From NCBI RefSeq assembly GCF_009914755.1, contig NC_060927.1: a stretch of 64,000 nucleotides of DNA; one strand, written 5' to 3'. Positions 1 through 11,500 of this stretch are shown one piece after another. The notes under the pieces were generated by a model that saw only the letters and a list, made by a program, of their open reading frames with translations, had not been told where the DNA came from and did not search any database. The first letter of the stretch is position 1. Each line of letters opens with the position of its first letter. Made by a program: the position numbers and the translations under genes. Source of the stretch: the human T2T-CHM13v2.0 reference genome, Homo sapiens.

Positions 1-78
1 TTTCCATACTGCTCTATGCAAAGAAATGTTCAAGTCTGTGAGTTTAATACACACATCACAAAGCAGTTTCTGAGAATG
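1..78. repeat. 3' end of the optional dimer of a preceding 17-mer HOR copy
   Basis: TTTCCATACTGCTCTATGCAAAGAAATGTTCAA..GAGTTTAATACACACATCACAAAGCAG matches the end of the 339-bp segment found only in 17-mers (e.g. 29101-29178). Confidence 0.93.
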
Positions 79-276
79 ATACTGTCTAGTTTTTATACGA
101 AGATATTTCCTTTTGTACCATTGGCCTCATACTGCTAGAATTTTCCACTTGCAAATTCCACAAAAAGAGTGTTTCCAATCCGCTCTGTCTAAAGGAAGGT
201 TCAACTCTCTGATTTGAATACATACATCCCAAAAGAAGTTACTGAGAATTCTTCTGTCTAGCATTATGTGAAGAAA

Positions 277-293
277 TCCCGTTTCCAACGAAA
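277..293 (-). promoter_or_regulatory. CENP-B box, intact (present at the same offset in every HOR copy)
   Basis: + strand TCCCGTTTCCAACGAAA = TTTCGTTGGAAACGGGA on -, matching YTTCGTTGGAARCGGGA. Confidence 0.95.
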
Positions 294-617
294 GCCTCAA
301 AGAGGCCCAAATATCCAGTTGCAGCATTTACAAACTGACTGTTTCCAAACTCATCTATGAAAAGAAAGGTTAAACTCTGTGAGTTGAATGCACATATCAC
401 AATGTAGTTCCTGAGAATGATTCTGTCTAGTTTTTATACGAAGATATTTCCTTTTCCACCAATGGCCTCAAAGTGCTTGAAATCTCCCCTTGCAAATTCC
501 ACAGACAAGTGTCTCAAATCTGCACTGTCTAAAGGAAGGTTCAACCCTGTGAGTTGAATACACACACACAGAAAAAAATTCACTGAGAATTCTATTGTCT
601 ATCATTACACGAAGAAA

Positions 618-634
618 TCCCGTTTACTACGAAG
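618..634 (-). promoter_or_regulatory. CENP-B box, variant with core positions retained
   Basis: - strand CTTCGTAGTAAACGGGA has two changes from consensus but fits the core NTTCGNNNNANNCGGGN. Confidence 0.8.
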
Positions 635-956
635 GCCTCAAAGAGGTCCAAATATCCAGCTGCAGACATTACAAACTGAGTGTTTCCAAAGTGCTCTATG
701 AAAAGAAGTGTTAAACACTGTGAGTTCAATGCACACATCCCAAAGCAGTTTCTGAGAATGATTCCGTCTATTTTTTCTACGAAGATATTTCCTTTTCTAC
801 CGTTGGCCTCAAAGCGCTTGAAATCTCCACTTGCAAATTCCACAAAAAGAGAGTTTCAAATCTGCTCTGTCTAAAGGAAGGTTCAACTCTGTGAGTTGAA
901 TACACACCACAAAAAGAAGTTACTGAGAATTCTTCTGTCTAGCATTATATGAAAAA

Positions 957-973
957 TCCCGTTTCCAACGAAG
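957..973 (-). promoter_or_regulatory. CENP-B box, intact
   Basis: + strand TCCCGTTTCCAACGAAG. Confidence 0.95.
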
Positions 974-1294
974 GCCACAAAGAGGTCCAAATATCCACTT
1001 GCAGATTCTGCAAAAAGAGTGTTTCCAAACTGCTCTATGAAAAGAAACGTTAAACTCTGTGAGTTGAACGCAAACATCACAAAGTAGTTTCTGAGAATGA
1101 CTCCGTCTAGTTTTTATACGAAGATATTTCCTTTTCTACCATTCACTTCAAAGCGCTTGAAGTCTCCCCCTGAAAATTCCACAAAAAGTGTTTCCAATCT
1201 GCTCCGCCTAAAGGAAGCTTCAACTCTGTGAGTTGAATACCCACAACCCAAAGAAGTTACTGAGAATTCTTCTGTCTAGCACTATATGAAGAAA

Positions 1295-1311
1295 TCCCGT
1301 TTCCAACGAAG
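1295..1311 (-). promoter_or_regulatory. CENP-B box, intact
   Basis: + strand TCCCGTTTCCAACGAAG. Confidence 0.95.
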
Positions 1312-1633
1312 GCCTCAAATACATCCAAATATCCAGTTGCTGACTTTACAAACTGAGTGTTTCCAAACTGCTCTATGAAAAGAAAGGTTAAACACTGTGA
1401 GTTGAACACACACGTACCAAAGTAGTTTCTGAGAATGATTCTGTCTAGTTTGCATACGAAGATATTTCCTTTTCTACCATTGGCCTCAAAGCTTTGAAAT
1501 CTCCACTTGCAAATTCCACAAAAAGAGAGTTTCAACTCTGCTGTTTCTAAAGGAAAGTTCAACTCTGAGAGTTGAATACACACCAGAAAAAGCAGTTACT
1601 GAGAAGTCTTCTGTCTAGCATTATATGAAGAAA

Positions 1634-1650
1634 TCCCATTTCCAACGAAG
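1634..1650 (-). promoter_or_regulatory. CENP-B box, degenerate (core CGGG changed to TGGG)
   Basis: + strand TCCCATTTCCAACGAAG = CTTCGTTGGAAATGGGA on -. Core CpG lost; same in all copies examined. Confidence 0.88.
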
Positions 1651-1974
1651 ACTTCAAAGAGGTCCAAATATCCACTTGCAGATTCTGCAAAAAGAGTGTT
1701 TCGAAACAACTGTATGAAAAGAAAGGTTAAACACTGTGAGTTGAACGCACACATTGCAAAGCAGTTTCTGAGAATGATTCCGTCTAATTATTATACGAAG
1801 GTATTTCCTTTTCTATCATTGGCCTCAAAGCGCTTGATACCTCCACCTGAAAATTCCACAAAAAGAGTGTTTCCAATCTACTCTGTCTAAAGGAACGTTC
1901 AACTCTGTGAGTTGAATACACACACACAGAAAGAATTCACTGAGAATTCTTCTGTCTGGCATTACATGAAGAAA

Positions 1975-1991
1975 TCCCGTTTCCAACGAAG
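1975..1991 (-). promoter_or_regulatory. CENP-B box, intact
   Basis: + strand TCCCGTTTCCAACGAAG. Confidence 0.95.
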
Positions 1992-2117
1992 GCCTCAAAG
2001 AGGTCCAAATATCCACTTGCAGATTCTGCAAAAAGAGTGTTTCAAAACCGCTCCATTAAAAGGAATGTTGAACTCTGTGAGTTGAATGCAAACATCACAA
2101 CTCAGTTTCTGAGAATG

Positions 2118-2462
2118 CTTCTGACTAGATTTTATGGTAAGATATTTCCTTTTCTACCGTAGGCTTCAATGCCCTGTAAATACACCCTTGCAAATTCTAC
2201 AAAGAGACTGTTTCATAACTGCTCTACAGGAGGAAAGGTTCAACTCTGTGAGTTGAATGCAGAGATCACAACGTGGTTTCTGCGAATGATTCTTTGTAGT
2301 TTTTACATGAAGATATTTCGTTGTCTACCGTAGGCTTCAAAGCACTCAAAGTATTCACTTGGAACTTTTACAAAAAGAGTGTTAGAAAACTGCTCTTTCC
2401 AAAGTAAGGTTCAACACTGTGAGTTGAATGCACACATAACAAACAAGAAGTTTCTGAGAATT
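2118..2462. repeat. Two consecutive box-less (A-type) divergent monomers breaking the A/B alternation
   Basis: CENP-B box spacing is 338-341 bp except 1975 to 2489 (514 bp, three monomers). The sequence here (GACTAGATTTTATGGTAAG, ACCGTAGGCTTC, CAACGTGGTTTCTGCG) differs visibly from the other A monomers. Confidence 0.88.
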
Positions 2463-2488
2463 CTTCTGTCCTGGTTTATAGGAAGAAA

Positions 2489-2505
2489 TCCCGTTTCCAA
2501 CGAAG
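2489..2505 (-). promoter_or_regulatory. CENP-B box, intact
   Basis: + strand TCCCGTTTCCAACGAAG. Confidence 0.95.
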
Positions 2506-5500
2506 GCCTCAAAGACGTTTAAATATCCACTTGCAGACTTCACAAACAGAGTGTTTCCAAACTGCTCTATGAAAAGAAAGGGTAAACACTGTGAGTTGAA
2601 CGCACACCTCACAAAGTAGTTTCTGAGAATGATACTGTCTAGTTTTTATACGAAGATATTTCCTTTTGTACCATTGGCCTCATACTGCTAGAATTTTCCA
2701 CTTGCAAATTCCACAAAAAGAGTGTTTCCAATCCGCTCTGTCTAAAGGAAGGTTCAACTCTCTGATTTGAATACATACATCCCAAAAGAAGTTACTGAGA
2801 ATTCTTCTGTCTAGCATTATGTGAAGAAATCCCGTTTCCAACGAAAGCCTCAAAGAGGCCCAAATATCCAGTTGCAGCATTTACAAACTGACTGTTTCCA
2901 AACTCATCTATGAAAAGAAAGGTTAAACTCTGTGAGTTGAATGCACATATCACAAAGTAGTTCCTGAGAATGATTCTGTCTAGTTTTTATACGAAGATAT
3001 TTCCTTTTCCACCAATGGCCTCAAAGTGCTTGAAATCTCCCCTTGCAAATTCCACAGACAAGTGTCTCAAATCTGCACTGTCTAAAGGAAGGTTCAACCC
3101 TGTGAGTTGAATACACACACACAGAAAAAAATTCACTGAGAATTCTATTGTCTATCATTACACGAAGAAATCCCGTTTACTACGAAGGCCTCAAAGAGGT
3201 CCAAATATCCAGCTGCAGACATTACAAACTGAGTGTTTCCAAAGTGCTCTATGAAAAGAAGTGTTAAACACTGTGAGTTCAATGCACACATCCCAAAGCA
3301 GTTTCTGAGAATGATTCCGTCTATTTTTTCTACGAAGATATTTCCTTTTCTACCGTTGGCCTCAAAGCGCTTGAAATCTCCACTTGCAAATTCCACAAAA
3401 AGAGAGTTTCAAATCTGCTCTGTCTAAAGGAAGGTTCAACTCTGTGAGTTGAATACACACCACAAAAAGAAGTTACTGAGAATTCTTCTGTCTAGCATTA
3501 TATGAAAAATCCCGTTTCCAACGAAGGCCACAAAGAGGTCCAAATATCCACTTGCAGATTCTGCAAAAAGAGTGTTTCCAAACTGCTCTATGAAAAGAAA
3601 CGTTAAACTCTGTGAGTTGAACGCAAACATCACAAAGTAGTTTCTGAGAATGACTCCGTCTAGTTTTTATACGAAGATATTTCCTTTTCTACCATTCACT
3701 TCAAAGCGCTTGAAGTCTCCCCCTGAAAATTCCACAAAAAGTGTTTCCAATCTGCTCCGCCTAAAGGAAGCTTCAACTCTGTGAGTTGAATACCCACAAC
3801 CCAAAGAAGTTACTGAGAATTCTTCTGTCTAGCACTATATGAAGAAATCCCGTTTCCAACGAAGGCCTCAAATACATCCAAATATCCAGTTGCTGACTTT
3901 ACAAACTGAGTGTTTCCAAACTGCTCTATGAAAAGAAAGGTTAAACACTGTGAGTTGAACACACACGTACCAAAGTAGTTTCTGAGAATGATTCTGTCTA
4001 GTTTGCATACGAAGATATTTCCTTTTCTACCATTGGCCTCAAAGCTTTGAAATCTCCACTTGCAAATTCCACAAAAAGAGAGTTTCAACTCTGCTGTTTC
4101 TAAAGGAAAGTTCAACTCTGAGAGTTGAATACACACCAGAAAAAGCAGTTACTGAGAAGTCTTCTGTCTAGCATTATATGAAGAAATCCCATTTCCAACG
4201 AAGACTTCAAAGAGGTCCAAATATCCACTTGCAGATTCTGCAAAAAGAGTGTTTCGAAACAACTGTATGAAAAGAAAGGTTAAACACTGTGAGTTGAACG
4301 CACACATTGCAAAGCAGTTTCTGAGAATGATTCCGTCTAATTATTATACGAAGGTATTTCCTTTTCTATCATTGGCCTCAAAGCGCTTGATACCTCCACC
4401 TGAAAATTCCACAAAAAGAGTGTTTCCAATCTACTCTGTCTAAAGGAACGTTCAACTCTGTGAGTTGAATACACACACACAGAAAGAATTCACTGAGAAT
4501 TCTTCTGTCTGGCATTACATGAAGAAATCCCGTTTCCAACGAAGGCCTCAAAGAGGTCCAAATATCCACTTGCAGATTCTGCAAAAAGAGTGTTTCAAAA
4601 CCGCTCCATTAAAAGGAATGTTGAACTCTGTGAGTTGAATGCAAACATCACAACTCAGTTTCTGAGAATGCTTCTGACTAGATTTTATGGTAAGATATTT
4701 CCTTTTCTACCGTAGGCTTCAATGCCCTGTAAATACACCCTGGCAAATTCTACAAAGAGACTGTTTCATAACTGCTCTACAGGAGGAAAGGTTCAACTCT
4801 GTGAGTTGAATGCAGAGATCACAACGTGGTTTCTGCGAATGATTCTTTGTAGTTTTTACATGAAGATATTTCGTTGTCTACCGTAGGCTTCAAAGCACTC
4901 AAAGTATTCACTTGGAACTTTTACAAAAAGAGTGTTAGAAAACTGCTCTTTCCAAAGTAAGGTTCAACTCTGTGAGTTGAATGCACACATAACAAACAAG
5001 AAGTTTCTGAGAATTCTTCTGTCCTGGTTTATAGGAAGAAATCCCGTTTCCAACGAAGGCCTCAAAGACGTTTAAATATCCACTTGCAGACTTCACAAAC
5101 AGAGTGTTTCCAAACTGCTCTATGAAAAGAAAGGGTAAACACTGTGAGTTGAACGCACACATCACAAAGTAGTTTCTGAGAATGATACTGTCTAGTTTTT
5201 ATACGAAGATATTTCCTTTTGTACCATTGGCCTCATACTGCTAGAATTTTCCACTTGCAAATTCCACAAAAAGAGTGTTTCCAATCCGCTCTGTCTAAAG
5301 GAAGGTTCAACTCTCTGATTTGAATACATACATCCCAAAAGAAGTTACTGAGAATTCTTCTGTCTAGCATTATGTGAAGAAATCCCGTTTCCAACGAAAG
5401 CCTCAAAGAGGCCCAAATATCCAGTTGCAGAATTTACAAACTGACTGTTTCCAAACTCATCTATGAAAAGAAAGGTTAAACTCTGTGAGTTGAATGCACA

Positions 5501-8500
5501 TATCACAAAGTAGTTCCTGAGAATGATTCTGTCTAGTTTTTATACGAAGATATTTCCTTTTCCACCAATGGCCTCAAAGTGCTTGAAATCTCCCCTTGCA
5601 AATTCCACAGACAAGTGTCTCAAATCTGCACTGTCTAAAGGAAGGTTCAACCCTGTGAGTTGAATACACACACACAGAAAAAAATTCACTGAGAATTCTA
5701 TTGTCTATCATTACACGAAGAAATCCCGTTTACTACGAAGGCCTCAAAGAGGTCCAAATATCCAGCTGCAGACATTACAAACTGAGTGTTTCCAAAGTGC
5801 TCTATGAAAAGAAGTGTTAAACACTGTGAGTTCAATGCACACATCCCAAAGCAGTTTCTGAGAATGATTCCGTCTATTTTTTCTACGAAGATATTTCCTT
5901 TTCTACCGTTGGCCTCAAAGCGCTTGAAATCTCCACTTGCAAATTCCACAAAAAGAGAGTTTCAAATCTGCTCTGTCTAAAGGAAGGTTCAACTCTGTGA
6001 GTTGAATACACACCACAAAAAGAAGTTACTGAGAATTCTTCTGTCTAGCATTATATGAAAAATCCCGTTTCCAACGAAGGCCACAAAGAGGTCCAAATAT
6101 CCACTTGCAGATTCTGCAAAAAGAGTGTTTCCAAACTGCTCTATGAAAAGAAACGTTAAACTCTGTGAGTTGAACGCAAACATCACAAAGTAGTTTCTGA
6201 GAATGACTCCGTCTAGTTTTTATACGAAGATATTTCCTTTTCTACCATTCACTTCAAAGCGCTTGAAGTCTCCCCCTGAAAATTCCACAAAAAGTGTTTC
6301 CAATCTGCTCCGCCTAAAGGAAGCTTCAACTCTGTGAGTTGAATACCCACAACCCAAAGAAGTTACTGAGAATTCTTCTGTCTAGCACTATATGAAGAAA
6401 TCCCGTTTCCAACGAAGGCCTCAAATACATCCAAATATCCAGTTGCTGACTTTACAAACTGAGTGTTTCCAAACTGCTCTATGAAAAGAAAGGTTAAACA
6501 CTGTGAGTTGAACACACACGTACCAAAGTAGTTTCTGAGAATGATTCTGTCTAGTTTGCATACGAAGATATTTCCTTTCCTACCATTGGCCTCAAAGCTT
6601 TGAAATCTCCACTTGCAAATTCCACAAAAAGAGAGTTTCAACTCTGCTGTTTCTAAAGGAAAGTTCAACTCTGAGAGTTGAATACACACCAGAAAAAGCA
6701 GTTACTGAGAAGTCTTCTGTCTAGCATTATATGAAGAAATCCCATTTCCAACGAAGACTTCAAAGAGGTCCAAATATCCACTTGCAGATTCTGCAAAAAG
6801 AGTGTTTCGAAACAACTGTATGAAAAGAAAGGTTAAACACTGTGAGTTGAACGCACACATTGCAAAGCAGTTTCTGAGAATGATTCCGTCTAATTATTAT
6901 ACGAAGGTATTTCCTTTTCTATCATTGGCCTCAAAGCGCTTGATACCTCCACCTGAAAATTCCACAAAAAGAGTGTTTCCAATCTACTCTGTCTAAAGGA
7001 ACGTTCAACTCTGTGAGTTGAATACACACACACAGAAAGAATTCACTGAGAATTCTTCTGTCTGGCATTACATGAAGAAATCCCGTTTCCAACGAAGGCC
7101 TCAAAGAGGTCCAAATATCCACTTGCAGATTCTGCAAAAAGAGTGTTTCAAAACCGCTCCATTAAAAGGAATGTTGAACTCTGTGAGTTGAATGCAAACA
7201 TCACAACTCAGTTTCTGAGAATGCTTCTGACTAGATTTTATGGTAAGATATTTCCTTTTCTACCGTAGGCTTCAATGCCCTGTAAATACACCCTTGCAAA
7301 TTCTACAAAGAGACTGCTTCATAACTGCTCTATAGGAGGAAAGGTTCAACTCTGTGAGTTGAATGCAGAGATCACAACGTGGTTTCTGCGAATGATTCTT
7401 TGTAGTTTTTACATGAAGATATTTCGTTGTCTACCGTAGGCTTCAAAGCACTCAAAGTATTCACTTGGAACTTTTACAAAAAGAGTGTTAGAAAACTGCT
7501 CTTTCCAAAGTAAGGTTCAACTCTGTGAGTTGAATGCACACATAACAAACAAGAAGTTTCTGAGAATTCTTCTGTCCTGGTTTATATGAAGAAATCCCGT
7601 TTCCAACGAAGGCCTCAAAGACGTTTAAATATCCACTTGCAGACTTCACAAACAGAGTGTTTCCAAACTGCTCTATGAAAAGAAAGGGTAAACACTGTGA
7701 GTTGAACGCACACATCACAAAGTAGTTTCTGAGAATGATACTGTCTAGTTTTTATACGAAGATATTTCCTTTTGTACCATTGGCCTCATACTGCTAGAGT
7801 TTTCCACTTGCAAATTCCACAAAAAGAGTGTTTCCAATCCGCTCTGTCTAAAGGAAGGTTCAACTCTCTGATTTGAATACATACATCCCAAAAGAAGTTA
7901 CTGAGAATTCTTCTGTCTAGCATTATGTGAAGAAATCCCGTTTCCAACGAAAGCCTCAAAGAGGCCCAAATATCCAGTTGCAGAATTTACAAACTGACTG
8001 TTTCCAAACTCATCTATGAAAAGAAAGGTTAAACTCTGTGAGTTGAATGCACATATCACAAAGTAGTTCCTGAGAATGATTCTGTCTAGTTTTTATACGA
8101 AGATATTTCCTTTTCCACCAATGGCCTCAAAGTGCTTGAAATCTCCCCTTGCAAATTCCACAGACAAGTGTCTCAAATCTGCACTGTCTAAAGGAAGGTT
8201 CAACCCTGTGAGTTGAATACACACACACAGAAAAAAATTCACTGAGAATTCTATTGTCTATCATTACACGAAGAAATCCCGTTTACTACGAAGGCCTCAA
8301 AGAGGTCCAAATATCCAGCTGCAGACATTACAAACTGAGTGTTTCCAAAGTGCTCTATGAAAAGAAGTGTTAAACACTGTGAGTTCAATGCACACATCCC
8401 AAAGCAGTTTCTGAGAATGATTCCGTCTATTTTTTCTACGAAGATATTTCCTTTTCTACCGTTGGCCTCAAAGCGCTTGAAATCTCCACTTGCAAATTCC

Positions 8501-11500
8501 ACAAAAAGAGAGTTTCAAATCTGCTCTGTCTAAAGGAAGGTTCAACTCTGTGAGTTGAATACACACCACAAAAAGAAGTTACTGAGAATTCTTCTGTCTA
8601 GCATTATATGAAAAATCCCGTTTCCAACGAAGGCCACAAAGAGGTCCAAATATCCACTTGCAGATTCTGCAAAAAGAGTGTTTCCAAACTGCTCTATGAA
8701 AAGAAACGTTAAACTCTGTGAGTTGAACGCAAACATCACAAAGTAGTTTCTGAGAATGACTCCGTCTAGTTTTTATACGAAGATATTTCCTTTTCTACCA
8801 TTCACTTCAAAGCGCTTGAAGTCTCCCCCTGAAAATTCCACAAAAAGTGTTTCCAATCTGCTCCGCCTAAAGGAAGCTTCAACTCTGTGAGTTGAATACC
8901 CACAACCCAAAGAAGTTACTGAGAATTCTTCTGTCTAGCACTATATGAAGAAATCCCGTTTCCAACGAAGGCCTCAAATACATCCAAATATCCAGTTGCT
9001 GACTTTACAAACTGAGTGTTTCCAAACTGCTCTATGAAAAGAAAGGTTAAACACTGTGAGTTGAACACACACGTACCAAAGTAGTTTCTGAGAATGATTC
9101 TGTCTAGTTTGCATACGAAGATATTTCCTTTTCTACCATTGGCCTCAAAGCTTTGAAATCTCCACTTGCAAATTCCACAAAAAGAGAGTTTCAACTCTGC
9201 TGTTTCTAAAGGAAAGTTCAACTCTGAGAGTTGAATACACACCAGAAAAAGCAGTTACTGAGAAGTCTTCTGTCTAGCATTATATGAAGAAATCCCATTT
9301 CCAACGAAGACTTCAAAGAGGTCCAAATATCCACTTGCAGATTCTGCAAAAAGAGTGTTTCGAAACAACTGTATGAAAAGAAAGGTTAAACACTGTGAGT
9401 TGAACGCACACATTGCAAAGCAGTTTCTGAGAATGATTCCGTCTAATTATTATACGAAGGTATTTCCTTTTCTATCATTGGCCTCAAAGCGCTTGATACC
9501 TCCACCTGAAAATTCCACAAAAAGAGTGTTTCCAATCTACTCTGTCTAAAGGAACGTTCAACTCTGTGAGTTGAATACACACACACAGAAAGAATTCACT
9601 GAGAATTCTTCTGTCTGGCATTACATGAAGAAATCCCGTTTCCAACGAAGGCCTCAAAGAGGTCCAAATATCCACTTGCAGATTCTGCAAAAAGAGTGTT
9701 TCAAAACCGCTCCATTAAAAGGAATGTTGAACTCTGTGAGTTGAATGCAAACATCACAACTCAGTTTCTGAGAATGCTTCTGACTAGATTTTATGGTAAG
9801 ATATTTCCTTTTCTACCGTAGGCTTCAATGCCCTGTAAATACACCCTTGCAAATTCTACAAAGAGACTGCTTCATAACTGCTCTATAGGAGGAAAGGTTC
9901 AACTCTGTGAGTTGAATGCAGAGATCACAACGTGGTTTCTGCGAATGATTCTTTGTAGTTTTTACATGAAGATATTTCGTTGTCTACCGTAGGCTTCAAA
10001 GCACTCAAAGTATTCACTTGGAACTTTTACAAAAAGAGTGTTAGAAAACTGCTCTTTCCAAAGTAAGGTTCAACTCTGTGAGTTGAATGCACACATAACA
10101 AACAAGAAGTTTCTGAGAATTCTTCTGTCCTGGTTTATAGGAAGAAATCCCGTTTCCAACGAAGGCCTCAAAGACGTTTAAATATCCACTTGCAGACTTC
10201 ACAAACAGAGTGTTTCCAAACTGCTCTATGAAAAGAAAGGGTAAACACTGTGAGTTGAACGCACACATCACAAAGTAGTTTCTGAGAATGATACTGTCTA
10301 GTTTTTATACGAAGATATTTCCTTTTGTACCATTGGCCTCATACTGCTAGAATTTTCCACTTGCAAATTCCACAAAAAGAGTGTTTCCAATCCGCTCTGT
10401 CTAAAGGAAGGTTCAACTCTCTGATTTGAATACATACATCCCAAAAGAAGTTACTGAGAATTCTTCTGTCTAGCATTATGTGAAGAAATCCCGTTTCCAA
10501 CGAAAGCCTCAAAGAGGCCCAAATATCCAGTTGCAGAATTTACAAACTGACTGTTTCCAAACTCATCTATGAAAAGAAAGGTTAAACTCTGTGAGTTGAA
10601 TGCACATATCACAAAGTAGTTCCTGAGAATGATTCTGTCTAGTTTTTATACGAAGATATTTCCTTTTCCACCAATGGCCTCAAAGTGCTTGAAATCTCCC
10701 CTTGCAAATTCCACAGACAAGTGTCTCAAATCTGCACTGTCTAAAGGAAGGTTCAACCCTGTGAGTTGAATACACACACACATAAAAAAATTCACTGAGA
10801 ATTCTATTGTCTATCATTACACGAAGAAATCCCGTTTACTACGAAGGCCTCAAAGAGGTCCAAATATCCAGCTGCAGACATTACAAACTGAGTGTTTCCA
10901 AAGTGCTCTATGAAAAGAAGTGTTAAACACTGTGAGTTCAATGCACACATCCCAAAGCAGTTTCTGAGAATGATTCCGTCTATTTTTTCTACGAAGATAT
11001 TTCCTTTTCTACCGTTGGCCTCAAAGCGCTTGAAATCTCCACTTGCAAATTCCACAAAAAGAGAGTTTCAAATCTGCTCTGTCTAAAGGAAGGTTCAACT
11101 CTGTGAGTTGAATACACACCACAAAAAGAAGTTACTGAGAATTCTTCTGTCTAGCATTATATGAAAAATCCCGTTTCCAACGAAGGCCACAAAGAGGTCC
11201 AAATATCCACTTGCAGATTCTGCAAAAAGAGTGTTTCCAAACTGCTCTATGAAAAGAAACGTTAAACTCTGTGAGTTGAACGCAAACATCACAAAGTAGT
11301 TTCTGAGAATGACTCCGTCTAGTTTTTATACGAAGATATTTCCTTTTCTACCATTCACTTCAAAGCGCTTGAAGTCTCCCCCTGAAAATTCCACAAAAAG
11401 TGTTTCCAATCTGCTCCGCCTAAAGGAAGCTTCAACTCTGTGAGTTGAATACCCACAACCCAAAGAAGTTACTGAGAATTCTTCTGTCTAGCACTATATG

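Noticed and set aside
560-578. (AC)n and A-run tracts as independent microsatellites or terminators
   Set aside because: They are short, fixed parts of particular monomers, present in every HOR copy.
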